Shown: positions 11,772-20,524 of the stretch, piece after piece | How the letters are laid out: each line of letters begins with the position of its first letter | How positions within the stretch are numbered: the first letter of the stretch is position 1 | From: a virus | Lineage: Duplodnaviria > Caudoviricetes | Virus record (IMG/VR): IMGVR_UViG_3300028792_000001 | Coordinates: 1 to 44,774 of that record | Length of the DNA: 44,774 nt | Direction: 5' to 3' (one strand) | Made by a program: the position numbers and the translations under genes | Notes under the pieces: model-generated | Seen by the model: only the letters and a program-made list of their open reading frames with translations | What the model was told of the DNA's origin: nothing | The model's database searches: none

Positions 11772-12659
11772 ATGAGTGCTAGTACTGGCGATAAAATCAC
11801 CGATGTCCGAAATGCAGCAAGACCTAACTCCGCAAGAGTCTCTAGTGGGAGAAGTTCAGGTGGTACTACGCTTGCATGTGACAGTCTTTCTGGGTGGCCG
11901 ACAGCTTCAAAGGTTCATTTTGTTACCTACCAAATAGACTCTAACTCAAACCCTGTAGCTGGCACCCAACTAGACTGTTATGGGATAGTATCAGGGAATA
12001 GTATCAGTTCATTTACAGTTATAGATGGCACAGATAATGGAAACTCCGTAAATGACGTGGTGGAGATGCTACCTACTGCAGCATGGGCGCAAGATTTAGC
12101 TGACGCCCTAACTAGCCAACATTCTCGTACTGGTGCGCATGTAGGGGTAAATAATACTGGGGGAATGACTACAGATACTTTGACGGCAAGCTCCACTATA
12201 ACCGTCACTGGCGGGGCTACATTAAATGGCGGGACTACCCTGCCTGCGGGAGATATTGGCACGGCTGACCTCGCTAGTAATGCTGTGACAACGGCCAAGA
12301 TTACAGCTGCCAATGTAACTGCTGCAAAATTGATTTATGGAACGATTAGAAATCGGCAAGGCGTAGCTGGGGACACAGATTGGGCAGCAGCTGGCACTAC
12401 AAGTGTAGATGTTTCCGCAACTGATGTTTTTGTCCAAGTGGGTTCAATAAGTGTAACGGCTGACCCAACGACCGTTACTTTTCCCACTGCTTATACGAAG
12501 ATACCTATTGTTATTTCATGTGTCTCAAGCGCTAATTCTTTTAATTGCTACGTTGTGCAGACCTCAATTAGTATTACAGCCGTTGGTTTTCGTACCTTAG
12601 ACGATGGTGGTGTCGTCCGCACCAGTGAACGTGTTTTCTGGATAGCTATAGGGAAATAA
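11772..12659 (+). CDS. Tail fibre protein
   Basis: Central AVTTAKITAANVTAAKL repeat. The C-terminal domain VQVGS...VTFPTAY...FWIAIGK is typical of phage fibre tips. Confidence 0.7.
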   Translation: MSASTGDKITDVRNAARPNSARVSSGRSSGGTTLACDSLSGWPTASKVHFVTYQIDSNSNPVAGTQLDCYGIVSGNSISSFTVIDGTDNGNSVNDVVEMLPTAAWAQDLADALTSQHSRTGAHVGVNNTGGMTTDTLTASSTITVTGGATLNGGTTLPAGDIGTADLASNAVTTAKITAANVTAAKLIYGTIRNRQGVAGDTDWAAAGTTSVDVSATDVFVQVGSISVTADPTTVTFPTAYTKIPIVISCVSSANSFNCYVVQTSISITAVGFRTLDDGGVVRTSERVFWIAIGK

Positions 12660-12706
12660 TTTAACAAAAGTTAGCGACTAAGGGTAAATAAAGAAGAACT
12701 GAATGA

Positions 12707-12973
12707 ATGACATTTCCAACAAATTCAGACATAATCAAAGAGATTAAGCAGGTTCAAATGACGCAACAGCAGCACTCTGCCCGTTTAAGCACGTTAGAAC
12801 AATGGAAATTAGCCACTGATGCTGGACAAGCTGCTATAGAAAAATACCAACACAACCAAGAACGACTTAAACAAAATAAAACTAAGTCTGAAATAATAAA
12901 GATTATTGGACCTTTTGTTATTTCATTAACACTATTAGTATATGCTTTAATTCAATACTTGGGGAAGAAATGA
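12707..12973 (+). CDS. Small membrane protein (coiled coil plus C-terminal TM), lysis region
   Basis: C-terminal hydrophobic helix; upstream of the endolysin. Confidence 0.5.
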   Translation: MTFPTNSDIIKEIKQVQMTQQQHSARLSTLEQWKLATDAGQAAIEKYQHNQERLKQNKTKSEIIKIIGPFVISLTLLVYALIQYLGKK

Positions 12974-13434
12974 AAACTTGGTTCAAGAAATACTGGGCTG
13001 AAATAGTTAGAGTCGTTACCCTTTTAATGGTGGGGTTTTTACTGGTTGTTACTATAAACGGATTATTGAACAGTTACAGAACGCTTGAAAAAACTAAATC
13101 TTTAGGTGAGCAAAACAATCAGATTAGCTTGCAAAATAAAGAGTTAAGCGAACAATTAACAAAGGCTGTTGATGACTTAAAAGCCGACAATCATAAAGAC
13201 CATGATATTCTAGTAAGGTATAATCAATGTGTCATAAACTTATTTGGTTCACGACCTAACCAAATCATCACACAGACCGACCTTGACGCTTGTTTAGCTG
13301 GCACTAGGATTGAACCATCAGTAGCGCCACTGGAAGCAACCCCAACCCCAACCCCGACAGAAACGCCCAAGCAATCATTATCTAAACGTATTAAGAATCT
13401 TATAAATAGATTAAAGGGGAAAAAAGATGAGTAG
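12970..13434 (+). CDS. Membrane-anchored coiled-coil protein, lysis region
   Basis: N-terminal TM, coiled coil and a TPTPTPT linker. Confidence 0.5.
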   Translation: MKTWFKKYWAEIVRVVTLLMVGFLLVVTINGLLNSYRTLEKTKSLGEQNNQISLQNKELSEQLTKAVDDLKADNHKDHDILVRYNQCVINLFGSRPNQIITQTDLDACLAGTRIEPSVAPLEATPTPTPTETPKQSLSKRIKNLINRLKGKKDE

Positions 13435-14107
13435 TGCAGATATAATGGGTTACGACAACTTTTTAAACAAGTGGATGGGGCAAGGTATTGATTGGGACGG
13501 TCAATATGGAAATCAGTGTGTAGACGAAATCGCTCAGTACTGTGTAGAGGCTGGCAAAACTCTCTGTTATGCCAATGCTAAAGACTGGGCTAATAATCCA
13601 GCCATGTACCCTGACTTCGACTGGACAGACAACAACCCTAATGATTTTAACCAGATACCCAATAGGGGTGATATTATCGTATGGTCTGGCGACTTGCCTG
13701 GTTCGGGTGGCTACGGACATATCGCTATCTGGGATATGGTGACATCTCCTGGTTTATTCAACTCGCTAGACCAGAACTGGGGCGGGCAGTACGTCCACTT
13801 CCAGAACCATAACTGGAATTGGGTATTAGGCTGGTGGACTCCAAAAGCCAAGCCTGTACCGCAACCTGAACCGCAGCCAGTCCCTCCAGCGCCTACACCG
13901 ATTCCTGCCCCCGAACCTGCACCAGACCCTGCTCCGACACCTACGCCCTTGCCAACACCTCCACCAGATGCTCCGCCGCCACCTAAACCAACCCCTCCCA
14001 TACAACCAATAGATGACCAACAGAATAAGAGACTATCAGCTATAGAGAGGACTATTAAACTAATAGTTAGGTTTTTAAATAAGTTCTTTAAAGGATGGAA
14101 GAAATAA
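13427..14107 (+). CDS. CHAP-domain endolysin with a Pro-rich linker
   Basis: DGQYGNQCVD (catalytic Cys), GDIIVW, GYGHIAI (catalytic His) and LDQNW. Confidence 0.9.
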   Translation: MSSADIMGYDNFLNKWMGQGIDWDGQYGNQCVDEIAQYCVEAGKTLCYANAKDWANNPAMYPDFDWTDNNPNDFNQIPNRGDIIVWSGDLPGSGGYGHIAIWDMVTSPGLFNSLDQNWGGQYVHFQNHNWNWVLGWWTPKAKPVPQPEPQPVPPAPTPIPAPEPAPDPAPTPTPLPTPPPDAPPPPKPTPPIQPIDDQQNKRLSAIERTIKLIVRFLNKFFKGWKK

Positions 14108-14292
14108 TGTTTCAAACAATACGTGCGTTTCTTTTATTTAAAAAGACGTACATAGTTGCGACAATTATCGCAGTACTAAATTTATTAGTAGCGTTTAATG
14201 TAATAAGTCCAACTCATTTACAACAAATTAACTTAGTTCTTGGGGCGCTTGGACTTGGCGCACTTAGGGCTGGAATTTCAAAGGTACAATGA
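14107..14292 (+). CDS. Putative holin
   Basis: Two TM segments with a KKTYIVA...LGALRAGISK pattern; follows the endolysin. Confidence 0.65.
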   Translation: MFQTIRAFLLFKKTYIVATIIAVLNLLVAFNVISPTHLQQINLVLGALGLGALRAGISKVQ

Positions 14293-14498
14293 TGTTAAGC
14301 AAACTCATATTAGCCGTAGTAGTAGCAATAGTAGTAACGCTAGCTTGTTATTTATTGGGAGCAATTCTAATAGCACTTAAAGTAGAGATTGCTGTAACAA
14401 TTGGCACATTCCTTAAGAGTTATGGGGGCGTGTTGGGAATCCTAGCAGGTCTGTGGTATTTTTTCACTAATAATGGGCTGACATTGGGACGCCCTTAA
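14289..14498 (+). CDS. Small two-TM membrane protein
   Basis: Hydrophobic 69 aa ORF coupled to the holin gene. Confidence 0.6.
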   Translation: MMLSKLILAVVVAIVVTLACYLLGAILIALKVEIAVTIGTFLKSYGGVLGILAGLWYFFTNNGLTLGRP

Positions 14499-14499
14499 T

Positions 14500-14694
14500 G
14501 TGGAACAAATAAACTTCTCGGAACCTGAAAACACTCCACTAGAAGTAATCCAACAACGAGACTATATCGCCTATCAAAGGGTATTAGACGTAGCTGTTGG
14601 CGAGGGTCGCATGAGTATACTTGATGCCGAGATAGCCCTTGAGGAATATATGAAAATCAGAGATGCGTGCGGTCCAGTCGCTAACTTAGAATAG
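14500..14694 (+). CDS. Hypothetical protein
   Basis: 64 aa ORF at the end of the + arm. Confidence 0.45.
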   Translation: MEQINFSEPENTPLEVIQQRDYIAYQRVLDVAVGEGRMSILDAEIALEEYMKIRDACGPVANLE

Positions 14695-14872
14695 TCTCAC
14701 CTAGCGCTTTAGCCACCTCACGATACGCCCAAATACCTGCTTCAATATCTTCTGGTTGGAATAACTCCATATGATTTTTAAGATTAGCTAACACCATCTG
14801 CCCAGTTAATTCCATATGGTTAGCGAGTTCTATAGAGGCTTCAGCAACATCTTCAGGAGAATCGGGAGTCAT
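14681..14872 (-). CDS. Hypothetical protein
   Basis: 63 aa, preceded by TGaTAAAAT 6 nt before the ATG (leaderless-type promoter). Confidence 0.55.
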   Translation of the reverse strand: MTPDSPEDVAEASIELANHMELTGQMVLANLKNHMELFQPEDIEAGIWAYREVAKALGETILS

Positions 14873-14993
14873 TTATAAATTTTATCACAAATTAGGTTGG
14901 CTGCTACCACCATCTACACATATTGGCGTCTAGTATTCTGCATTTGCTCTGTACGTGTAGCCCATCTGCACTAAATCAACCACCAATTATGTA

Positions 14994-15125
14994 TCACCAC
15001 CACCTGTTAGCTTGCCAAAATGCCCTGGCGGCAGCCCATGAACCATACTTACTAACAGCGTAATTAGTAAAATAAGCATGTTGACAAGCTAAATCAGCAC
15101 CACAAGGTAATTTACTTCCTGGGCA
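14994..15125 (-). pseudogene. Orphan 3' fragment homologous to the C-terminus of the 15562-16125 protein
   Basis: Translates without a start codon as CPGSKLPCGADLACQHAYFTNYAVSKYGSWAAARAFWQANRWW*, compared with DLSCQDQFFTRYMQSRYGTWNNAVAFWESHHWW* in the intact gene. Confidence 0.85.
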
Positions 15126-15126
15126 C

Positions 15127-15531
15127 TTATTCAACTTTTAGCCCAGTCTTCCGCTCCCACGACCTAACAGAGTGACAGTTTGCACACACCACTTCACACT
15201 TACTAATTTCTTCTAACAATTTACTTATTGCACGGTGGTCTTTACTGACGGATACCGCAAACTTTTTATCTTTTAGATGGTCGAATTGCATGGCAGAAAA
15301 ATGATATATAACCCCACAGTCGCTACATGGGACATTTTTAAATTGTCTTACAAGTTGTCTTCTTTCCTCGCTCCTCTTTCGGTCATACTCTTTGTACTTT
15401 TCAGGATTCGCAAGGTATCTCTTGCGCTTAAGTACTTTTCTACGCTCTATAACTTTGGGGCGTTTCTCATACTCTAACCTGTATTTTTGTGAATACTCTC
15501 GCATGTATTCTTTTCTGCTTTGTACCGACAT
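15127..15531 (-). CDS. HNH endonuclease
   Basis: PCSDCG...MQFDHL...KCEVVCANCHSVRS; has its own TGtTATAAT promoter. Confidence 0.85.
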   Translation of the reverse strand: MSVQSRKEYMREYSQKYRLEYEKRPKVIERRKVLKRKRYLANPEKYKEYDRKRSEERRQLVRQFKNVPCSDCGVIYHFSAMQFDHLKDKKFAVSVSKDHRAISKLLEEISKCEVVCANCHSVRSWERKTGLKVE

Positions 15532-15561
15532 ACCATATATTATAACAAAGCTACACTATAT

Positions 15562-16125
15562 TTACCACCAATGGTGGGATTCCCAGAAAGCAACTGCATT
15601 ATTCCATGTGCCATACCTGGACTGCATGTATCTAGTAAAAAACTGGTCTTGGCAACTTAAGTCTGTTTGCCAATTTGGGCAGGCTTTAGCCAAGTTACCA
15701 TTACAGTCTTGTCCAATCCCTCGGCACCCAATCGAATTAACAGAACTAGGATTACAACCTGACTCTTTCATGTATATGAAATCAGCATCAGGATTGCCTG
15801 TACAGCCCACTACAGGCGCAGTAGCGGCGTAAACCTTCGGAGTGGTCTGCAAGTTGGCTAGACGTCCTTTCTCGACTGCACGAGCCTGTAGTTGCTCCTC
15901 GAGCTGCTTCTTTTCGTCCTGGAGTTTCTTCAACTCCTGTTCATTGACTGTATTACTTTTTAACTGGGTGTCATACTTCTGTTCCAACTGTTTAAGTTGG
16001 ACATTGGTATCTTTCAACTGTATTTGCTTTAACTCTAACTTCTGATTATGGGTCGTTATATTAGAAACGCCCATGTACACGAACCCAATTAAGGGTAACG
16101 CTAATAGTAAGTACTTCAAACGCAT
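15562..16125 (-). CDS. Membrane-anchored coiled-coil protein with a C-terminal lysozyme-like (aggregation-promoting-factor / transglycosylase-like) domain
   Basis: N-terminal TM and coiled coil, then ESGCNP..N...GIGQ...Y...RYGTW..A..FW....W. Confidence 0.7.
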   Translation of the reverse strand: MRLKYLLLALPLIGFVYMGVSNITTHNQKLELKQIQLKDTNVQLKQLEQKYDTQLKSNTVNEQELKKLQDEKKQLEEQLQARAVEKGRLANLQTTPKVYAATAPVVGCTGNPDADFIYMKESGCNPSSVNSIGCRGIGQDCNGNLAKACPNWQTDLSCQDQFFTRYMQSRYGTWNNAVAFWESHHWW

Positions 16126-16127
16126 GT

Positions 16128-16688
16128 TCAGCTCCCATTGGGAGCCATTCCTCCTTTAGTTAACACATGATATTCTAGCACGGATTTTGCTTCGTCAAGC
16201 GTCTCATAGGAGCCAAGCCAGATTCTGCCTCCAGGAGTACTTCTTCTTACTGCCCACTTTTTAGTATCTTGTCTGTAGTGAATATGGTGAACTCCCGAAG
16301 AATGTAAAGCTCTTTTATTTTTTGCTTGAGTGCTCTTATTTGCCCAACAACAGTTGGAAGGCTCATAATTACCGTTTACATCTATTCTCTCTAGGCTCAT
16401 TCCTTCTGGTCTGTTCCCCAAATCTTCATAGAAATTAGTAAACTTATCCCACCTGTCACAGACCTTTATACCCCGACCACCATAGTTAATGTAGCCCTTG
16501 CTTTTCGGGTCGTTGCATCGCTTCTTCATGTTAGCCCACGCCAAGTACTCTGGCGTATAGTACATACCATGCATCTCACGGATACCTGGAGTGGGAAAAC
16601 CGGTTCTTAAGCAACAAGCGTAGTGAGTCTTACACAATGACTTCGCTTGTATCGGCTTATAACACTTCTTAATTTGGCAATACTTCAC
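16128..16688 (-). CDS. HNH homing endonuclease with an AP2-like C-terminal domain
   Basis: [31 protein letters not shown] and WLGSYETLDEA. Confidence 0.9.
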   Translation of the reverse strand: MKYCQIKKCYKPIQAKSLCKTHYACCLRTGFPTPGIREMHGMYYTPEYLAWANMKKRCNDPKSKGYINYGGRGIKVCDRWDKFTNFYEDLGNRPEGMSLERIDVNGNYEPSNCCWANKSTQAKNKRALHSSGVHHIHYRQDTKKWAVRRSTPGGRIWLGSYETLDEAKSVLEYHVLTKGGMAPNGS

Positions 16689-16690
16689 TA

Positions 16691-16906
16691 CTACCTCCCA
16701 AATTTATATAGTATTACTATGGTACCAAACAAGACTTGTGGCGCTACTAATACGAAGCGTACGTATCCAGTGGTTCCCGCTAGGACAAGATAGCTAGTCC
16801 ACGCTATGGAGCCTATTACAAACGCCATCGCCAGCCCCCAAATCCCGTAGATTGGAAGACACAGCCTACTCTGTTGGACAGGTGTTTCTTTGACTTTCTT
16901 CGACAT
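16691..16906 (-). CDS. Small two-TM membrane protein
   Basis: 71 aa and hydrophobic; AAGGA SD; downstream of a conserved promoter. Confidence 0.65.
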   Translation of the reverse strand: MSKKVKETPVQQSRLCLPIYGIWGLAMAFVIGSIAWTSYLVLAGTTGYVRFVLVAPQVLFGTIVILYKFGR

Positions 16907-16939
16907 TGTAAATCCTTATGTTAATTTGATAGTGGAGAC

Positions 16940-16969
16940 AGTATACCACGACATTGTCGTTATTGTCAA
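16940..16969 (-). promoter_or_regulatory. Early promoter copy 1 with a palindromic operator
   Basis: TTGACA-ataACGACAaTGTCGTgg-TATACT. Confidence 0.85.
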
Positions 16970-16972
16970 TAG

Positions 16973-17341
16973 CTAATCATCTAAATATATTTCTACTCTG
17001 GGGTCAGATTTATCAATTCCGCCAAATTGTAGGTTAATCGTATCGACATGAGTGTAATCATCATCGACTAGAATCCCACTATCACGCAGCACATCCATCA
17101 CGCTGGAGCAAACATTATCTAAATCTTTACGATGCTTGCCTTTGAAGTAAAAGACCATCGTAACGCCAGTAGGATAGTCTGTGACAGGTTTTACGCCCTT
17201 TAACTGCCAAAGACTATCCTTGACCCATTGTTTACTAGCAACGCTGCTAGTTATGAAGTGCTTGCCAGTCCTTGAATTTACAAATAATTGTTTTGAGTTT
17301 TTTAGTGAAACGACGTTGCCATGTACTATGAGTTTGCGCAC
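16973..17341 (-). CDS. rusA: RusA-family Holliday junction resolvase
   Basis: KDLDNVCSSVMDVLRDSGILVDDD...PRVEIYL motif. Confidence 0.85.
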   Translation of the reverse strand: MRKLIVHGNVVSLKNSKQLFVNSRTGKHFITSSVASKQWVKDSLWQLKGVKPVTDYPTGVTMVFYFKGKHRKDLDNVCSSVMDVLRDSGILVDDDYTHVDTINLQFGGIDKSDPRVEIYLDD

Positions 17342-17376
17342 CCTTAAACCTCACTTCTTCATAATAGAGTTTAAAC

Positions 17377-17562
17377 TTAATTGACACGTTTATTTTGGCG
17401 TGCCTTGACACCCATAGCAGAAATCTCTTTCCGACGTTTTTTAGAGGCATCTTTTAGCCCACGGACATTCTTAACCTTGCTGCGTAGATTGCGCATGTAT
17501 TCACGGGCAGCTTCGATTCCCTCTTCTTCGACTAGTTTCTCATATTTCGTGCGTACGGGCAT
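17377..17562 (-). CDS. Small basic hypothetical protein
   Basis: 61 aa, in a tightly packed minus-strand operon. Confidence 0.55.
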   Translation of the reverse strand: MPVRTKYEKLVEEEGIEAAREYMRNLRSKVKNVRGLKDASKKRRKEISAMGVKARQNKRVN

Positions 17563-17845
17563 CAGTAATCTCCTTCAGTAATTTGTATAGCTCCCGCAAA
17601 GCTTTCATTATCTCATCATGCTGGTTGTCAGCCTTACGGGGTTTGGTAGCGTTCCATGATTTATATTCGTCATTATAGGTCAGCTTAACTGTATCACCTG
17701 GCTCAACATCATCAAATGTATTACAGGTTTTACCGCTGTTAGTCAGGATGCGGTGAATCGCCCATTCCTTGCCTGTCTTTGAACTAACTCCTGTTTTAAA
17801 CCTTAGTTCTAAGATTTCTTTAACAATATCTAAGTTATCGTCCAC
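17540..17845 (-). CDS. Hypothetical protein, possibly a small OB-fold ssDNA-binding protein
   Basis: KTGVSSKTGKEW...GDTVKLTY pattern; recombination gene context. Confidence 0.45.
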   Translation of the reverse strand: MDDNLDIVKEILELRFKTGVSSKTGKEWAIHRILTNSGKTCNTFDDVEPGDTVKLTYNDEYKSWNATKPRKADNQHDEIMKALRELYKLLKEITDARTHEI

Positions 17846-18116
17846 GTAGTTTATCTCCTAATCTGCTCCAGACATCTTGCATCTTCTTACTATGTTGGGC
17901 GCGTTCCTCTGTAGACCAAGTACGTCGAGAGATTGTACCACCCTTCTTGCCTTCTACGCTAGGGTCTAGTTTTCCATGCCCGAAAGCGTGTCCACGCCCA
18001 TTGCGCCCACCAATAGCGCCGATAGCCGCTTGGTGGTCTGACCATGCTTCCTCACTACCGTATTTAGCAATCATAGTTTTCCGAACCTGTAATCCACCTG
18101 CTTTAGTTTGTGACAT
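17835..18116 (-). CDS. Hypothetical protein with KGG-like repeats
   Basis: GAIGG...GKKGG motifs. Confidence 0.55.
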   Translation of the reverse strand: MSQTKAGGLQVRKTMIAKYGSEEAWSDHQAAIGAIGGRNGRGHAFGHGKLDPSVEGKKGGTISRRTWSTEERAQHSKKMQDVWSRLGDKLRGR

Positions 18117-18117
18117 C

Positions 18118-18411
18118 TTATTCTCCTAATAATGTTAGTTGTTTTGCTGAACGTGCTAGCTCGATTGGTTCTAATGGCTCCAATAAGGAAAGAGGAACCG
18201 CATAGCAATCTATCTTGCCATTAGTCTCTATATCACACTGATGAACATCCCGCCCACTCACATAATATTCTCCAGGTAATGTGGGAGCCTTAGTAAATAT
18301 AACCTTATTATGGGTTCCTACCTTGTGCCGTGCCAACAGTACCTTACGGTCCTTCCAACGGGGCTGCCATATAGAGAACATTTGACAGCTTATACCCTTA
18401 CTTAACTGCAT
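18118..18411 (-). CDS. Hypothetical protein
   Basis: Likely start at 18411 (MQLSKG) after a GGAG SD. Confidence 0.55.
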   Translation of the reverse strand: MQLSKGISCQMFSIWQPRWKDRKVLLARHKVGTHNKVIFTKAPTLPGEYYVSGRDVHQCDIETNGKIDCYAVPLSLLEPLEPIELARSAKQLTLLGE

Positions 18412-18715
18412 TTTTTTCCTCCTTAAACTTCTCATAAAGCTTGATTGAACATGGTTCCCCGGCATAGAAATACCCGTTCCACTGAGGTTTAGCCAAGAAC
18501 CCTCCTTCGTATTTATCGCATGTACATTTCGGGATAGTCTGTTTCGCCCAATACCCATTTAATGTGCGCCAATAACCTACTACTTCTTTTTCTAGTTGGG
18601 GCGACCACATTAGTTGTTCTTCGCTCATGCGAAGCGCATCCTTGTCAATCTTCAAAATACGCCCCTCAGTTAAGCTGGCAATCATTAACAGTTCTTCGGT
18701 TGTAAACTTATCCAT
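18398..18715 (-). CDS. Probable C-terminal half of a split Cas4-like nuclease
   Basis: GRILKIDKD strand plus the C-terminal cysteines (PKCTC...EPC) that are missing from 19154-19708. Confidence 0.6.
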   Translation of the reverse strand: MDKFTTEELLMIASLTEGRILKIDKDALRMSEEQLMWSPQLEKEVVGYWRTLNGYWAKQTIPKCTCDKYEGGFLAKPQWNGYFYAGEPCSIKLYEKFKEEKNAVK

Positions 18716-19157
18716 TGTTGTACTCCTTTAGGATTTGCTCTATTGGCCAACCATACCTTATACGTCTATAAATAGTCGTCTTACTAATCCCTAACTTCTC
18801 TGCCCAATCTCTGTGACACAACGTAAGCCCCTGAAAGCTCAGATATTTGTTGCTTCTACGATTAGCCGACTGTTCTTTAGTAGTTGCCCAATAACAGTTC
18901 TCCTTAGAATATCCGAGAGTATTGTCTCTGCGTTCTATCGTATGTTTTGGGCTCGGACGTTCGCCCATATCGTCATAGAATCCATCAAAGGTTAGCCATT
19001 TATCAACGACAGTTATACCTCTGCCTCCCCAGTCTTTGTATCGTGGGTGATTTGGGTTTAGGCAACGACTTCTCATATTACCCCACACTTTGTATTCGGG
19101 GCTTAGATATTTTCCGTGTCTATAACGACCGTTAGATGTACCTTGGTTGTAGCTCAT
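18708..19157 (-). CDS. HNH homing endonuclease with a C-terminal HTH
   Basis: WGGRGITV, HTIERRDNTLGYSKENCYWAT..EQ..N and WAEKLGISKTTIYRRI. Confidence 0.9.
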   Translation of the reverse strand: MSYNQGTSNGRYRHGKYLSPEYKVWGNMRSRCLNPNHPRYKDWGGRGITVVDKWLTFDGFYDDMGERPSPKHTIERRDNTLGYSKENCYWATTKEQSANRRSNKYLSFQGLTLCHRDWAEKLGISKTTIYRRIRYGWPIEQILKEYNNG

Positions 19158-19708
19158 ATCTTGACCCCTCTTTTCTTAAGCTCTTCTTTGGCTAGGTTAC
19201 GCATCATCATCATATATGTGCCAAGTTGTCTGGAATGATACCAAGACATTTCTGGGCGCTTGTAGCTGAAAGCTCGGCTGTTCTGTGTTTTGTAGTCGTA
19301 GAGGATAAGGTGACCATTGTAGTGCTGAGTTCCTTCTTGTGTCTCGGTGTTATATGTAAAGCTTGGGTTCGCCAACTCTTTTACCAGCACCAAGTCATCT
19401 ATATGCCCTCTAATAAGAAGCTCTTCGTCCTGTAGTTCTAATTCTTGGGCGATAGACAGACCTGATTCTTTAGTAATACCCTGTATCCATGAATGGAATA
19501 GGTGTCCTGACGTGAATACACGCTGTTTGCGGGCATCTGCTTCACTTTCAACCTTTGGCACACCTAGGCGCTCAAAGATGACCCTACGCATGCAGTAACC
19601 TGCGCTAGAGGCAGACCAATAATCTCCATACGACCTAACTTCCTTACTCTTCGCTAACAACCAATCATCAACAGCAGGTCTGATTCCAGTCTTGAACAAA
19701 TCACTCAA
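19154..19708 (-). CDS. Cas4-like PD-(D/E)XK exonuclease, N-terminal half
   Basis: SASSAGYCMRR, GHLFH, RGHIDD, YDYKT and QLGTY motifs. Confidence 0.8.
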   Translation of the reverse strand: MSDLFKTGIRPAVDDWLLAKSKEVRSYGDYWSASSAGYCMRRVIFERLGVPKVESEADARKQRVFTSGHLFHSWIQGITKESGLSIAQELELQDEELLIRGHIDDLVLVKELANPSFTYNTETQEGTQHYNGHLILYDYKTQNSRAFSYKRPEMSWYHSRQLGTYMMMMRNLAKEELKKRGVKI

Positions 19709-19838
19709 AGCTAACCTCTATCTTTCGTTTACGGTAGTAACTTAACATTCTCAACTGGGTTTCCATTCTATTCATCCACCTTTGCCAATCTTCATACTCT
19801 GTTTTTGGCGGTGGCAGCACTATATCAATTGCTTTCAT
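19701..19838 (-). CDS. Small hypothetical protein (45 aa)
   Basis: Translated by hand as MKAIDIVLPPP...; it fills the gap and overlaps both neighbours. Confidence 0.45.
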   Translation of the reverse strand: MKAIDIVLPPPKTEYEDWQRWMNRMETQLRMLSYYRKRKIEVSFE

Positions 19839-20041
19839 TACCAAACTACCAAATCATAATTGTGGTAGTGTTCTCTTGAAAGTTCGCCCTCAATGTAGGT
19901 AACAAGGTGGTAGATTTCATCTAAATCATTCTTCTCTACAGCCCGAGTTAAAGCAACGTCCAATTTAGATGGATGACCAGTAATTTCTTCTAGCAAATCC
20001 CCAGCCCTTTCTAAAAGTTCGTCATTTGTATTATTAGACAT
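19838..20041 (-). CDS. Hypothetical protein
   Basis: AAGGAG SD; downstream of promoter copy 2. Confidence 0.65.
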   Translation of the reverse strand: MSNNTNDELLERAGDLLEEITGHPSKLDVALTRAVEKNDLDEIYHLVTYIEGELSREHYHNYDLVVW

Positions 20042-20051
20042 ATTATGCTCC

Positions 20052-20273
20052 TTATTTACCTTTAGAGTTTACCACGTCATAGTCGTTGTTGTCAATAGGC
20101 TTCTTCCGCATTTTATACACAGACCAACGCTCATCCCAAAAGCTCTCAACCTCATCGCCCACCTTAAAGTCTTGTCCATAACCTATAACCTCAGACCCAT
20201 CATCTAAAATGGCATGGGTGCGAGAAAACTTGTCGTGCTTCTCTATACCTACTATCTTTATTATTCTGTGCAT
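20052..20273 (-). CDS. Hypothetical protein
   Basis: 73 aa ORF in the operon. Confidence 0.55.
   Translation of the reverse strand: MHRIIKIVGIEKHDKFSRTHAILDDGSEVIGYGQDFKVGDEVESFWDERWSVYKMRKKPIDNNDYDVVNSKGK
20066..20095 (-). promoter_or_regulatory. Early promoter copy 2 with operator
   Basis: TTGACA-acaACGACtatGACGTgg-TAAACT. Confidence 0.8.
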
Positions 20274-20524
20274 AAGTGTTCTGGGTAGAATTTAGTCACG
20301 TATCTATCATGACTCATACTGCCCTTGCGTCCATTATCCATCCAGCAACAAGGTAGCAGCCTGCCTGCATGGTTACGATTGTTCTCATGGTCTAAGGTAG
20401 TGTTTCGTTTATCCATCCAACCAGCACAATAATGGCATTGATAAGTAAAGGAAGGATTATCCACGAACCATTGTTTGCGAATCCGCGTCCATTCCTTAGC
20501 TCTTTTACCATATCTACTTATCAT
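20261..20524 (-). CDS. Small HNH-family protein
   Basis: CHYC...TTLDH...PCCWMDNGRKGS. Confidence 0.7.
   Translation of the reverse strand: MISRYGKRAKEWTRIRKQWFVDNPSFTYQCHYCAGWMDKRNTTLDHENNRNHAGRLLPCCWMDNGRKGSMSHDRYVTKFYPEHLCTE

Noticed and set aside
13711-14115. Gly-rich minus-strand ORF
   Set aside because: It is the antisense shadow of the endolysin Pro-rich linker.
18708-19157. Group I intron or intein in the Cas4-like gene
   Set aside because: The HNH ORF overlaps both flanking ORFs, leaving no non-coding ribozyme sequence. Stop codons exclude an intein.
19154-19708. CRISPR-Cas system
   Set aside because: This is a solo Cas4-like nuclease with no array and no other cas genes, which is common in phages.
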